DNA of 64,000 nucleotides from positions 165,747 through 229,746 of the IMG/VR virus record IMGVR_UViG_3300024308_000018; one strand, 5' to 3'. Under the pieces are notes generated by a model, which saw nothing but the letters and a program-made list of their open reading frames with translations, was not told the DNA's origin and did no database searches. The position numbers and the translations under genes are program-made. Shown one piece after another: positions 27,196-35,932 of this stretch (positions within the stretch are counted from its first letter, which is position 1; the number at the start of each line of letters is the position of its first letter).

Positions 27196-27734
27196 TTTGC
27201 GTGCTCCATGAGTTTAACGTTGTTGAGGATACGATGGCCGATCTTCTTGCTCAGCGCTTGCGACAGACACAGAACTTCGTCCACGTCTATCTGGCTAATT
27301 TTGAATGTGGCGTCCTGAAGGTGTGAGGTCAGGCGATAGTCGAACAGGTAGTAGAACTCGGCTATCCCGGCATCGTTGAGAGCCGTGAGACATTCGGGGC
27401 ACGGGGTATCGGTGCACACCATAATGGCACCGCGTGCCTTGTCGCCCGCTTGCTGCAACGCTCTGATTTCGGCATGTACGACTTCAGGATTGGTCATCAA
27501 GTGGCCGTAGGGATCACCAGCTTGCGGCACGAAGTCCGGAGTAGCTGGGATCTCGCAGCAGTTGGTTGAATGGCCGGACGGCATACCGTTCGCGCCCCAG
27601 CCCAACACCTCGGGGCGATTTTCAACCGCGTCACGCGCAATGATGATTGCACCAGCTTGGCGACGTACACAGTGACTGTGGGTCGAGATCTGGAAAGCGG
27701 TCAACGCTGCGCTAACAATGTACTCGTGTTTCAT
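27192..27734 (-). CDS. dCMP deaminase
   Basis: HAE and PCPEC zinc motifs, CVRRQAGAII, GANGMP. GGAG RBS supports MKHEY at 27734. Confidence 0.92.
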   Translation of the reverse strand: MKHEYIVSAALTAFQISTHSHCVRRQAGAIIIARDAVENRPEVLGWGANGMPSGHSTNCCEIPATPDFVPQAGDPYGHLMTNPEVVHAEIRALQQAGDKARGAIMVCTDTPCPECLTALNDAGIAEFYYLFDYRLTSHLQDATFKISQIDVDEVLCLSQALSKKIGHRILNNVKLMEHAK

Positions 27735-27759
27735 AGTGGTCTCCATAAGGGGTCACCAC

Positions 27760-27773
27760 TTGTTTACAGTTTT
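27760..27773 (-). promoter_or_regulatory. Candidate promoter element AAACTGTAAACAAG (copy 2)
   Basis: Lies in the divergent gap where the promoter of the dCMP deaminase-thyA operon is expected. Confidence 0.4.
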
Positions 27774-27788
27774 GCATAGGAGGTATGT

Positions 27789-28280
27789 ATGCAGATCAGC
27801 GCTAACTTTAACCTGCGCCACGTGGTGGAGAGCGACACCGCTTTCCGCTTGAAGATTGACAACAGTGCTCCGCCCGCAGTAGTAAGCGAAGCGATCAACG
27901 TTGCGGTCAACGTTCTTGAACCCCTCGCGATCCACTTTGGGGTCGCCAACATTGAGATCAATTCGTGGTTCCGCTGCGAAGCGTTGGAGAAGGCTATCTG
28001 CAAGGATGCGTATGTGAAGTGGTGTGCGCAGAACGGCATGAAGGTCAACGACGTGAGCTGGGCGAAATACTTTGCCCGCAAGCAGCACCCGCGCGGCAAC
28101 GCCGTAGACTTTGAAGTGAAGGGAGTGAGCAACAAGGAGTTGTTTGAGTGGTGCAAGGCCAACTTGGTTTACGACCAGTTGATCCTTGAGTTCCACAAGA
28201 GTGGGGATCCGCGTAGTGGTTGGGTGCACATCAGTTACGTGCCCCGCAACAACCGCAAGCAGGCATTCTCTATCGGGTAA
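27789..28280 (+). CDS. Endolysin, zinc peptidase M15 family
   Basis: INSWFRCEALEKAI, KQHPRGNAVD (His/Asp ligands), DQLILEF, WVHISY. AGGAGG RBS. Confidence 0.88.
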   Translation: MQISANFNLRHVVESDTAFRLKIDNSAPPAVVSEAINVAVNVLEPLAIHFGVANIEINSWFRCEALEKAICKDAYVKWCAQNGMKVNDVSWAKYFARKQHPRGNAVDFEVKGVSNKELFEWCKANLVYDQLILEFHKSGDPRSGWVHISYVPRNNRKQAFSIG

Positions 28281-28283
28281 AAG

Positions 28284-28317
28284 AAAGGGGAGACACCGCA
28301 AAGTGTCTCCCCTTTTC
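28284..28317. terminator. Bidirectional terminator
   Basis: 13-bp perfect inverted repeat AAAGGGGAGACAC / GTGTCTCCCCTTT between convergent genes. Confidence 0.88.
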
Positions 28318-30237
28318 TTATTCTGCAATGCGTTGAACTTTGCAGTACAGCACAGGCGTCGGCTCGTTCGTGAGCGGCTGTGCGTTACGTACCGGATACA
28401 TGAACACCTTGCCTGAGTTGTTGTCGGTGGCGTAGATCTGGAACGTGCGGTGCTTCTGCGACGCGATGGTGTAGAGCGGAGCACCAATGACCGGAGGCTT
28501 CTCGCGCAACAGTCGGATACTCTCTTTCTCGTCGGCGCTCAGGGCCGGGAACTTGAAGTCGATCAGCGCCTTGGTCTGCGCCCACTTGGCGGAAACCTTG
28601 ACGTTGTTGACCCCAATGTTATGCAGCCACTGATACACTCGACGCACGGCCCCATACACATCATCACGACCTACGCGGCCGCCAACGATGTCGAATACCA
28701 GACCCTTGGTGGTCGGGCGCGGTTTCAGATGTCCGCTGAAGAAGCCTTCATTGAACAGCTTGGTGATCGCCAGCCGTGTTTCCGCAGGGTCGAAGTCGCT
28801 CCAACTGACGTTGATGTCGTCGGGGTCGATGTCCGTCCATGGCCGCTCTTCGCGCACGTCGTCTGACCCGATGGGCGACACGTAGGAAACCATGCGCACG
28901 AACGTTGCCTTCGACTTGATTTCCGCAGTAGACATGGCGACCGCGCGCTTGTTGATCTGCGTGACCAGCGGAGATTGCCGCACGATCTTGTAGAGTTCAA
29001 CCTTACCTGCTTTCGTCATGGAATCGCCAGCAGCCTGACGCAACGTGTCGAGCTGGCGGGTGAGTGCTGCGCGTGTCGGTGCGTACACCACCCAGCTGTC
29101 TTTCGCGTGCTGCTCATGCGGAGTAACAGCGAGGAAGCCGTAATCGGAATCCGCAATGGTCTTCGGCGACGGGATGGTCGTGGTACGTGGGCCGACGGTC
29201 GGGCTCGTTACCGGGACAGTCACGCGTGTGGTAGCTTTCTCGATCTCAGCCAACTGCTTTTCAGCACCCTGCTTACTGGTGTAGCCAAGCTCTTTCCACT
29301 GGGAGAGAGTACGGCCAGCTGCCAGCAATGCGCGGATGTCTTCGGCGTGTGCGGCCAACGCTGCCGCCACGTACTGCTGCTCGCGCGGCTTGGCAAGCAG
29401 CGCCATACCGATTTGCGCAGTCGTCATGTTCTTGTACGCTGGGCGCTTGTTGTTGCGCAGTGCATTTTCGATGGGGTCATCGGAAGCAACAGGGTGATAC
29501 ACGTTGCCCTTATTGTCGACCTCCAACTCGGTGCCCTTGTAGACGTTGCCGCCGATAAGCACGGTGAAGTTCGGGTCGCCGACGTACTTGGGATCAATGG
29601 GCCCGCCGTCGTACTGGTGCACGGTGTTGGGCTTCTTATCCTTCAGCTTTTCTTCAACCTGCTGCGCGATAGTCTGGACGGCCTTCGGCTTGAACGACGC
29701 CTTCAGTCGCGCGACCTTGGTCTTCGGCAGGTAGGTTTCCATCGGGGTTTTGAGATCGAAGCAGAAGTAATGGCGCTTGTTGCTGTCCATATACATCTTG
29801 ATCCCGGCAGCGAGGAACCACTTGTGAGTAGTGGTGTCGTTGATGTCCTCGGTGATCGTGCCGATCTCTGTGAAGTTGGCTCGGTTTACGCCTTTGCCTG
29901 TAGCGTACAACAGGTTGTCGAGATCCATCTTCTTGGGGAACTTGGTGCCCGCCAGAATCTGCATGATCTTCGCACGGTCGCTAACGTAGAAGAACTCGCG
30001 CTTACGCTCAATCTTCAACACGATGGCGACTTTACCACGGGCATTTGCTGCGGGCACCAACTCGTAGGCTTCACCCTTATCGACCGCTGCGTCCCAGTCG
30101 TCGTTACCGTCGATGTCTATGGACGCACTGCCCATATACTTCAAGCGAATCGGAGCCACGGCGGACTCCGAAGTCATCGGTTCAACGTTACTGAGGCTCT
30201 GCATGCGGACGCCAAAATTACGCTGGATCACATTCAC
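28318..30237 (-). CDS. Putative internal head (virion cargo) protein
   Basis: AGGAGG RBS with a GTG start. N-terminal SLS and SES motifs; basic; N-domain loosely resembles the 43204 protein. Confidence 0.6.
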   Translation of the reverse strand: MNVIQRNFGVRMQSLSNVEPMTSESAVAPIRLKYMGSASIDIDGNDDWDAAVDKGEAYELVPAANARGKVAIVLKIERKREFFYVSDRAKIMQILAGTKFPKKMDLDNLLYATGKGVNRANFTEIGTITEDINDTTTHKWFLAAGIKMYMDSNKRHYFCFDLKTPMETYLPKTKVARLKASFKPKAVQTIAQQVEEKLKDKKPNTVHQYDGGPIDPKYVGDPNFTVLIGGNVYKGTELEVDNKGNVYHPVASDDPIENALRNNKRPAYKNMTTAQIGMALLAKPREQQYVAAALAAHAEDIRALLAAGRTLSQWKELGYTSKQGAEKQLAEIEKATTRVTVPVTSPTVGPRTTTIPSPKTIADSDYGFLAVTPHEQHAKDSWVVYAPTRAALTRQLDTLRQAAGDSMTKAGKVELYKIVRQSPLVTQINKRAVAMSTAEIKSKATFVRMVSYVSPIGSDDVREERPWTDIDPDDINVSWSDFDPAETRLAITKLFNEGFFSGHLKPRPTTKGLVFDIVGGRVGRDDVYGAVRRVYQWLHNIGVNNVKVSAKWAQTKALIDFKFPALSADEKESIRLLREKPPVIGAPLYTIASQKHRTFQIYATDNNSGKVFMYPVRNAQPLTNEPTPVLYCKVQRIAE

Positions 30238-30880
30238 GGGGGCCTCCTACAGAAAGCTGTGCTTCACAGCACAGGTACGGCCAAAGTTCATGGTGGATCT
30301 GCTCGATTGTCTTGCCGACAACGTTGACAACCAGAACGTTTTGCTCGCGTGCTGCGGCCTGACGGTAGCTTGACATCAGCGCCTCATACTTGGAGCGTTC
30401 GGTGTAGCGCTTCTCGATAGCGTCGAGCTGCTGACCGTCCCCGGTACGCGCATTACGGCGTTCCAGATAGGTGTCGTAGTCGAGTTCGAGGAACACGTAC
30501 AGCGGGGTGATCGGAGCGGCTATCTTCTTGTAGCGCAGGAACATGTCACGCAGTACGTCGTCGTTGCCGCACTGATAGATGTCGGTGCTGGGCGAACCAC
30601 GGTCACCCAACACAACCTTGCCCTGCTCCAAAGCCGGAATGATCCGCTTGTGGAACAGATCAGCACGTGCCGCCATCATTGCAAACAGCTCGGCTTCCGG
30701 GCTTGGATCGTATTCACCGTGCAGCACGCTCGCACGCATCGCTTCAGCGAAAGGGGTGCCGCCCGGCTCACGGACGACCTCCACTTCCACACCGCGCGCT
30801 TGAAGCTGCTCTGCAATGAACGCAATCAGAGAGGACTTGCCAGCGAAGTCCGGGCCTTCAAGTACGATGTAACTATCCAT
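30218..30880 (-). CDS. tmk: Thymidylate kinase
   Basis: YIVLEGPDFAGKSS P-loop, REPGGT, ELFAMMAARA, VLGDR. Confidence 0.95.
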   Translation of the reverse strand: MDSYIVLEGPDFAGKSSLIAFIAEQLQARGVEVEVVREPGGTPFAEAMRASVLHGEYDPSPEAELFAMMAARADLFHKRIIPALEQGKVVLGDRGSPSTDIYQCGNDDVLRDMFLRYKKIAAPITPLYVFLELDYDTYLERRNARTGDGQQLDAIEKRYTERSKYEALMSSYRQAAAREQNVLVVNVVGKTIEQIHHELWPYLCCEAQLSVGGPRECDPA

Positions 30881-30889
30881 GAGTCACCT

Positions 30890-32113
30890 TTACTTGCCAG
30901 AGTACATTTTGACTTTGTTGCTGAACACGTCGGCGACCAAAGTATCGAACAGCGCACGCGCTTCGGCCTTGGCTGCCTTGAAGTCGCCGGAGTCCACAGC
31001 GGTGGAGAAGATGCGCTGCATATCGGCGGTGAACTTCGGCGGCACGCGGCACTGACGCTTGCCCAACTGCTTGGTGAAGTTCATCAGAGCGAACTGGGCA
31101 TTCTCTTTGGCCTTGCGACGCAGCTCAACCTTGGTCATTTCTTCCGGCTTGAGTCGGTTCATGACGCGCGCTTTGAAGTCAGCCTGAGTACCAGCCATGA
31201 CTTTCGCGAACTCAACGTAGCCGTAGGTCAGACCCAGCACGTTGTTCACGTAGTTCTTCACGGAGTCGATACCGCGCAGCCCTTCGATCTTGGTGGTTTC
31301 GGCCAGAGCTTCGTTGCCCTTCTGAACGGAGGTGATCACCCGGTTGTACGCGGCGCAGTGCTTGCGGATGTTCTCGATGGACTTGGCAGTCATGGCAGGA
31401 GCCTTGGTCAGCATGCCTTGGAACTGGTTACGCAACTTGGTAGCGGCCAGAATCTGGGCCTTCTGCTTCTCTTCCTTGGTAGCAGCCTTGGTGGTCGGCA
31501 CAACCTTGTCGGCCGGAGCTTTCACCGGAGCTTTCTTGCCATCGGCAACAGCTGCGTCTCTCTTTTCCATGATGGTGGTCAGGGCTTTGGTGACTGCATC
31601 CTTGCTGAGCAGGCGCGACTGGTTCGGATATTGAACGCTGTGCATACCAGCCCACTCTTCCACCGCTTTCTGGACTGCGGTCGCCATATTCTTGCCCTTG
31701 GCGAATCGGACTTTGTAGGACAGGCGATCAGCAATCTCTGCAATCTCACCCTTGGAGAACTTCTTGGCTTTAGCCTTGGTTCCATCGGGAGCAGAGAACC
31801 CAGCAGGCTGCCGACCGGACGGGGAGGTAGCGAGATCGCGCTTGGGGTTTCCAGTATTCACCTTGGGTTTGAATGCGGGTTTCTTGGTTTTCCCGTTGGC
31901 GTTGAGCAGGCTCGTAAGTCTACCAAGTTTCTCTTGCGCCTCCTTCTTGCTGGGGAAGCCCGCAGCTTTTATCTCGGCAACAGGGCCGATAGACAGATCG
32001 TTGAGGCGGCGAATAGTTGGCAGCAACGGGGCAGCCAGTTTGCTTCCGCCAATCAGGGCGTCAACGATTTCAGCCAAAGACTTCTTGGCAGATACCGACA
32101 GTTGAATTTCCAT
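30890..32113 (-). CDS. Lys/Ala-rich basic putative internal head protein
   Basis: Leader MEIQLSVSA, highly basic, high-expression codons. Confidence 0.6.
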   Translation of the reverse strand: MEIQLSVSAKKSLAEIVDALIGGSKLAAPLLPTIRRLNDLSIGPVAEIKAAGFPSKKEAQEKLGRLTSLLNANGKTKKPAFKPKVNTGNPKRDLATSPSGRQPAGFSAPDGTKAKAKKFSKGEIAEIADRLSYKVRFAKGKNMATAVQKAVEEWAGMHSVQYPNQSRLLSKDAVTKALTTIMEKRDAAVADGKKAPVKAPADKVVPTTKAATKEEKQKAQILAATKLRNQFQGMLTKAPAMTAKSIENIRKHCAAYNRVITSVQKGNEALAETTKIEGLRGIDSVKNYVNNVLGLTYGYVEFAKVMAGTQADFKARVMNRLKPEEMTKVELRRKAKENAQFALMNFTKQLGKRQCRVPPKFTADMQRIFSTAVDSGDFKAAKAEARALFDTLVADVFSNKVKMYSGK

Positions 32114-32127
32114 ATCTTGTTCCTTAC

Positions 32128-32847
32128 TTATTGAATCCAGATGTTGTTGAATGGGACTGTGTGCTTGACGATCTTGCCTTTGTCGTCAGTCGTGGTGATC
32201 AACGCTTTCTCGCTCGGCAGCAGAAACATGAGGCGTCCAATGTGGTCGAGGGTTCCCTCACTGAACTGAACATCCTGCCCGCGCAGTCGGCTGATCTGCC
32301 ACGCGGTCTTCGTAAACTTCACCGCGCCTTTCGCCCGTGCTTCACGTCCTACAAGGAATTGCAGGAAGTGCTTGCGGGCTTGCAACGCGTGGTCGTCCTG
32401 AACCCGAGTCACGTCAGTGTTGAGCATAGCGAATGCGGTGGCGTGTTCGATGGCCTTGAAGTTCAGAGCCTCAACTCGCGCACCGCTTGCCAGCCCGAGT
32501 TCCACAACGTAACGTCCCTTGGCAAACTTGTGGATGCCGATGGACGAGTTGTTCATGCGGTTAGTCCACACGATGGAAAACATATCGGAGCCTTCAAGAC
32601 GGGTGGTGATCGTGATAGGCCCGAACCGGGTGTGCTGGCTACTACGCGACGCCTGCTGCGCGTTGGATGCAGATTCAATCTCACCCAGCATGCAGGCTTC
32701 GGCCTCACGCTTGTCACGCAGCTTGCGCGCAGATTCAAACATCTCGCCAAACATGTTGTCGAAGATGTCGCCGAAACTTTCAGCGAAGGAGAGGCTGGCG
32801 AATTCTGATTCCGTTTTTACTTGATTCAATCCTAATGCAATGTTCAT
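32128..32847 (-). CDS. Putative internal head protein
   Basis: Leader MNIALGLN...ASLS. GGAGAG RBS and TAATG coupling. Confidence 0.6.
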   Translation of the reverse strand: MNIALGLNQVKTESEFASLSFAESFGDIFDNMFGEMFESARKLRDKREAEACMLGEIESASNAQQASRSSQHTRFGPITITTRLEGSDMFSIVWTNRMNNSSIGIHKFAKGRYVVELGLASGARVEALNFKAIEHATAFAMLNTDVTRVQDDHALQARKHFLQFLVGREARAKGAVKFTKTAWQISRLRGQDVQFSEGTLDHIGRLMFLLPSEKALITTTDDKGKIVKHTVPFNNIWIQ

Positions 32848-33383
32848 TAGTTAACTCTCCGTGCCCGAGACAAGCCAGAAATCCACGCGAGCTTGGTGAA
32901 CAACCAAATGCGTCGAGCAGGTGCCATTTTCCTTTTAGCCGCAGGCAGGACTTTGCGCACAGGGCCGCCATTCCTACAAACGATGATACCAGCGCCTGAC
33001 CCAGCCAACGCTTCCTTCAAGCGGTCAGCATGAGTGTCCCAAAGCGCGTCGCTCACTGCGAAGTAGAACTGGTTGCAGAACGGTAAATAGCGCTGCCATT
33101 TTTGGTCTGCCGCAAAATCCTGCCATCCACTTTTCACCTCGACTATCGTGACAGAGCGATCCATCTTCACACATACGACGTCAGCACGTAAATGCCCGCC
33201 CCTCTCGACCCCCACCTCAAAGTGCAGGCTATACATGAGCTTCGTGAAGTATGGAGACAGTGCCTGACGCAATAGCGGGGCAACTTGATTTCGACTGATC
33301 GACGTGAAGGTCGCGGGCCCCAGATTACCGAAGGCCCGCTGACTCGGTGTCTTACTCGTCGTCGGTTTCCTCGTACTTGGCAT
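32847..33383 (-). CDS. mmcB: MmcB-like PD-(D/E)XK nuclease
   Basis: FEV.....LRADVV......IVEVKS..QDF..DQKW..YLPFCNQFYFAV, the MmcB/DUF1052 pattern. The start is inferred from a GAGG RBS inside the end of the upstream gene. Confidence 0.8.
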   Translation of the reverse strand: MPSTRKPTTSKTPSQRAFGNLGPATFTSISRNQVAPLLRQALSPYFTKLMYSLHFEVGVERGGHLRADVVCVKMDRSVTIVEVKSGWQDFAADQKWQRYLPFCNQFYFAVSDALWDTHADRLKEALAGSGAGIIVCRNGGPVRKVLPAAKRKMAPARRIWLFTKLAWISGLSRARRVN

Positions 33384-33909
33384 AAGCATCCTCACGGATC
33401 GGTTCCCAAGTCTCGCCGCCGAAGACGAGGCGCACGCCACTGAACGCACCAGCATTCAGACCCTGATTGAGCAAATCCAAGTCCAGCTGGTCGGCAGGAA
33501 CTTTGATCGTCATGTGCGGCTCATACTCAGGGTAGCTGTGACGGTAGCCCATCTGACGCAGGTACTTGTGACGCGCGATCAGACCTTGACTATCCAGCTT
33601 CAGCACCAGCGTGTTCTCTTCGGGCCCGAAGAGCGCACCGCTATTCACGGTAGCCTCGATCTGAATCGGGGCCGCCGGATGGAACAGCACGGGGTTTTCG
33701 CGGTCGTACATCATTGTCACGTGCAGGTCTTTGGGGTCGAAGTCAGTCTTCAGACCGATCTTCTCCAACTCAGACATGACAAACCGCACGGTCTCCGGAG
33801 TGGGATACACAGCAGCGTAGCCAGCGGGGGTCGTGCGGTCGGGGTCGTTCTGGCGGCCACGGCGTCGGGTGGATTCCGAAACCATGTTGAGGCCGAGATT
33901 GATGTTCAT
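33352..33909 (-). CDS. acb1: Anti-CBASS nuclease Acb1-like 2H phosphoesterase with an N-terminal leader
   Basis: Two HxT motifs (LHVTMMYDR, PHMTI). TLVLKLDS..L..RH.Y.R..G..H.Y..Y.PH.T and E..EP match T4 gp57B/Acb1 as I recall it. Confidence 0.82.
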   Translation of the reverse strand: MNINLGLNMVSESTRRRGRQNDPDRTTPAGYAAVYPTPETVRFVMSELEKIGLKTDFDPKDLHVTMMYDRENPVLFHPAAPIQIEATVNSGALFGPEENTLVLKLDSQGLIARHKYLRQMGYRHSYPEYEPHMTIKVPADQLDLDLLNQGLNAGAFSGVRLVFGGETWEPIREDAYAKYEETDDE

Positions 33910-33919
33910 TGGATTCTCC

Positions 33920-34312
33920 TTACAGGGCGTCCATCGGCATGCGCATCAGGACAACGCTATGTTGATAACTGAGAGGCACATTTGCCAACTTGGCGTCGTC
34001 GGAACGCACAGAAGTCACGCGCCCGATAGGGGAACCATGCGCAACACGATCAATGAGATACGACGTGACCACAGAATTGTCTACTGGGTCTTCCACCGCA
34101 AACCCGATGGGGTCTTTGGTGGTGAGCGACGGCGCGCCCAGCACAACGAAGTTGAGATCTTCCACGTGGTCGGGGTTCACTTTCTTCAGTGCTGCGCGAA
34201 TCGGGTTGGGGGCATTGGCGTATGCAGCTTTCCGAACACGGTCAAGGAACGTGATTACGGGGTCTGCGGACAGCGAAGCGTTAGCAACGCAAAGGTTGAG
34301 TTCAATGTTCAT
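33920..34312 (-). CDS. Putative internal head protein
   Basis: AGGAGG RBS and leader MNIELNL...ASLSA. Confidence 0.6.
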   Translation of the reverse strand: MNIELNLCVANASLSADPVITFLDRVRKAAYANAPNPIRAALKKVNPDHVEDLNFVVLGAPSLTTKDPIGFAVEDPVDNSVVTSYLIDRVAHGSPIGRVTSVRSDDAKLANVPLSYQHSVVLMRMPMDAL

Positions 34313-34332
34313 GGTGTTCCTCCTGAGCTAAA

Positions 34333-35124
34333 TTAGCGTGCGGGAGAATCAGGAATCAGCTGGCAGTAGTTCTTGCCGTTGGTGAACATGGTGAAGTCGT
34401 GGCGGGGCTCACCGAACGCCAAGGCCGACCGTTGCAGATCGTAGTCCCCGAACATCACCATGCGCAGCGGATGCGGGCCGACGGTCAGGGATTCGAACTG
34501 GTGCTTGGGTAGATTCACGTTCTTCAGCGCCTCTCCGCCATTGAGCAGCATCGTGGGCTTGCGCATCGAGTGGCCGACTTGCTGATCGCTGTATCCCATT
34601 CGGAAGCCGGAGAAGCAAGCGAGGCTATCCTCTCCGAACGTGATTGCCTGCATCGGTTCGGTCTGCACGCGATGGAGACCTATGCGACCGAACGGATCCT
34701 GTGCCGGAGTGCGCACAATGTTGGTTGCCATGATCGTGATATGGCCGTCATCACCGCACATGAGGCGACGTTGCAGATCGTCGGAGAACGAACAGCGGAA
34801 GCACTTAGGTGGCGTGGTGTTCGGCAGCAGGTGGACGATGTGAACGAGGTCGGAGCGAATACTGAATGACCAGCTGTCGTCACCCTCACCGCCAGTCACG
34901 TCGTAATAGTTGTCGACGTACTCGACGTCGGGCCCGTAAATGTGGCTGTCATCTGCCGACATGAATACGCGGTCACGCAGGTAACGGCGCAGCGTGACTT
35001 CGGCGTCAGCGGACGACACGCGCTCGCTCGCGTAATCAATCGCGAACAGGTCGACGGTCAGGCCGCGCTCGCGATGCAGAAGGGCCACAGGGAAATAGAG
35101 TTTACCACACAGCATTTGTTTCAT
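34333..35124 (-). CDS. Hypothetical protein
   Basis: GAGGT RBS, 263 aa. Confidence 0.6.
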   Translation of the reverse strand: MKQMLCGKLYFPVALLHRERGLTVDLFAIDYASERVSSADAEVTLRRYLRDRVFMSADDSHIYGPDVEYVDNYYDVTGGEGDDSWSFSIRSDLVHIVHLLPNTTPPKCFRCSFSDDLQRRLMCGDDGHITIMATNIVRTPAQDPFGRIGLHRVQTEPMQAITFGEDSLACFSGFRMGYSDQQVGHSMRKPTMLLNGGEALKNVNLPKHQFESLTVGPHPLRMVMFGDYDLQRSALAFGEPRHDFTMFTNGKNYCQLIPDSPAR

Positions 35125-35134
35125 TGCATACCTC

Positions 35135-35932
35135 TTAGTTCAGGTTCACGTTCGAGCCGTTGACGAACGCTTCACCTTTTGCATCTACCTTGAAATCGCC
35201 GCCGACTTCGATGTCGTACTTGCCGTCAATCTTGTCCTTGCGGTTACCCTTCACATGCACGGTTTGGTGACCGCCAATGGTCGTGTGCTGCGAACCAACT
35301 TGGCGCCCCAGCAGACCCTTGAACGGGATGCGCCCCTGCGGATCACTCTTCAGGTACTTGGCGCTCATGTTCGGGTCGTTGAGAATGTAGGCCGGAACTT
35401 CGCCCTTGTCGCCAGTGACGATCAGCTGCTGGTTCCCAACGATAGTCTGGTTCATATCGCCGAACGTCACGAAGTTGTAGTCGCCGGGATTGATGAAGAA
35501 CACCTCGTTGGTCTGCGTGTCGACCAGTACCTGAAAACCGTTGGGGAAACGGAAGCCCAAGCGGTTCGGGTAGTTGACGTCGTACACCGGATCCTTCGAC
35601 AGCTTGTCGATTGGGGTAGCTGCCGCCCACGTCGCGACGTGGGGGTCTCCGGTCGGGAAGTAGAGTTCAACCTTGTTGCCGCGACGTGGGACACCGCCGA
35701 AGAAACTGGTCTTGCCGATTGCTCCCATCTTCTTTGCCATCTGGCCGAACGGGTGATTCCAGCCACGGGGGCGTGCCCACGGCAACTGATCATCCGGTAT
35801 GTCGTCCATAAGGCCAGCGACGCGTGCACGAATCTGCCCGAACTTACCGGGATCGTTCTCGTCCACGACAATCGCTTCATAGGGCTCGGTCTTGTTGAGC
35901 CCTTTTCCGTGCAGTGCGCTCTGCTCTCTCAT
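35135..35932 (-). CDS. Baseplate central spike (gp5/VgrG-like OB fold plus beta-helix)
   Basis: YEAIVVDENDP.KFGQIRARV......LPWARP, P.RGNKVELYF..GD, and C-terminal beta-helix repeats. Confidence 0.85.
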   Translation of the reverse strand: MREQSALHGKGLNKTEPYEAIVVDENDPGKFGQIRARVAGLMDDIPDDQLPWARPRGWNHPFGQMAKKMGAIGKTSFFGGVPRRGNKVELYFPTGDPHVATWAAATPIDKLSKDPVYDVNYPNRLGFRFPNGFQVLVDTQTNEVFFINPGDYNFVTFGDMNQTIVGNQQLIVTGDKGEVPAYILNDPNMSAKYLKSDPQGRIPFKGLLGRQVGSQHTTIGGHQTVHVKGNRKDKIDGKYDIEVGGDFKVDAKGEAFVNGSNVNLN

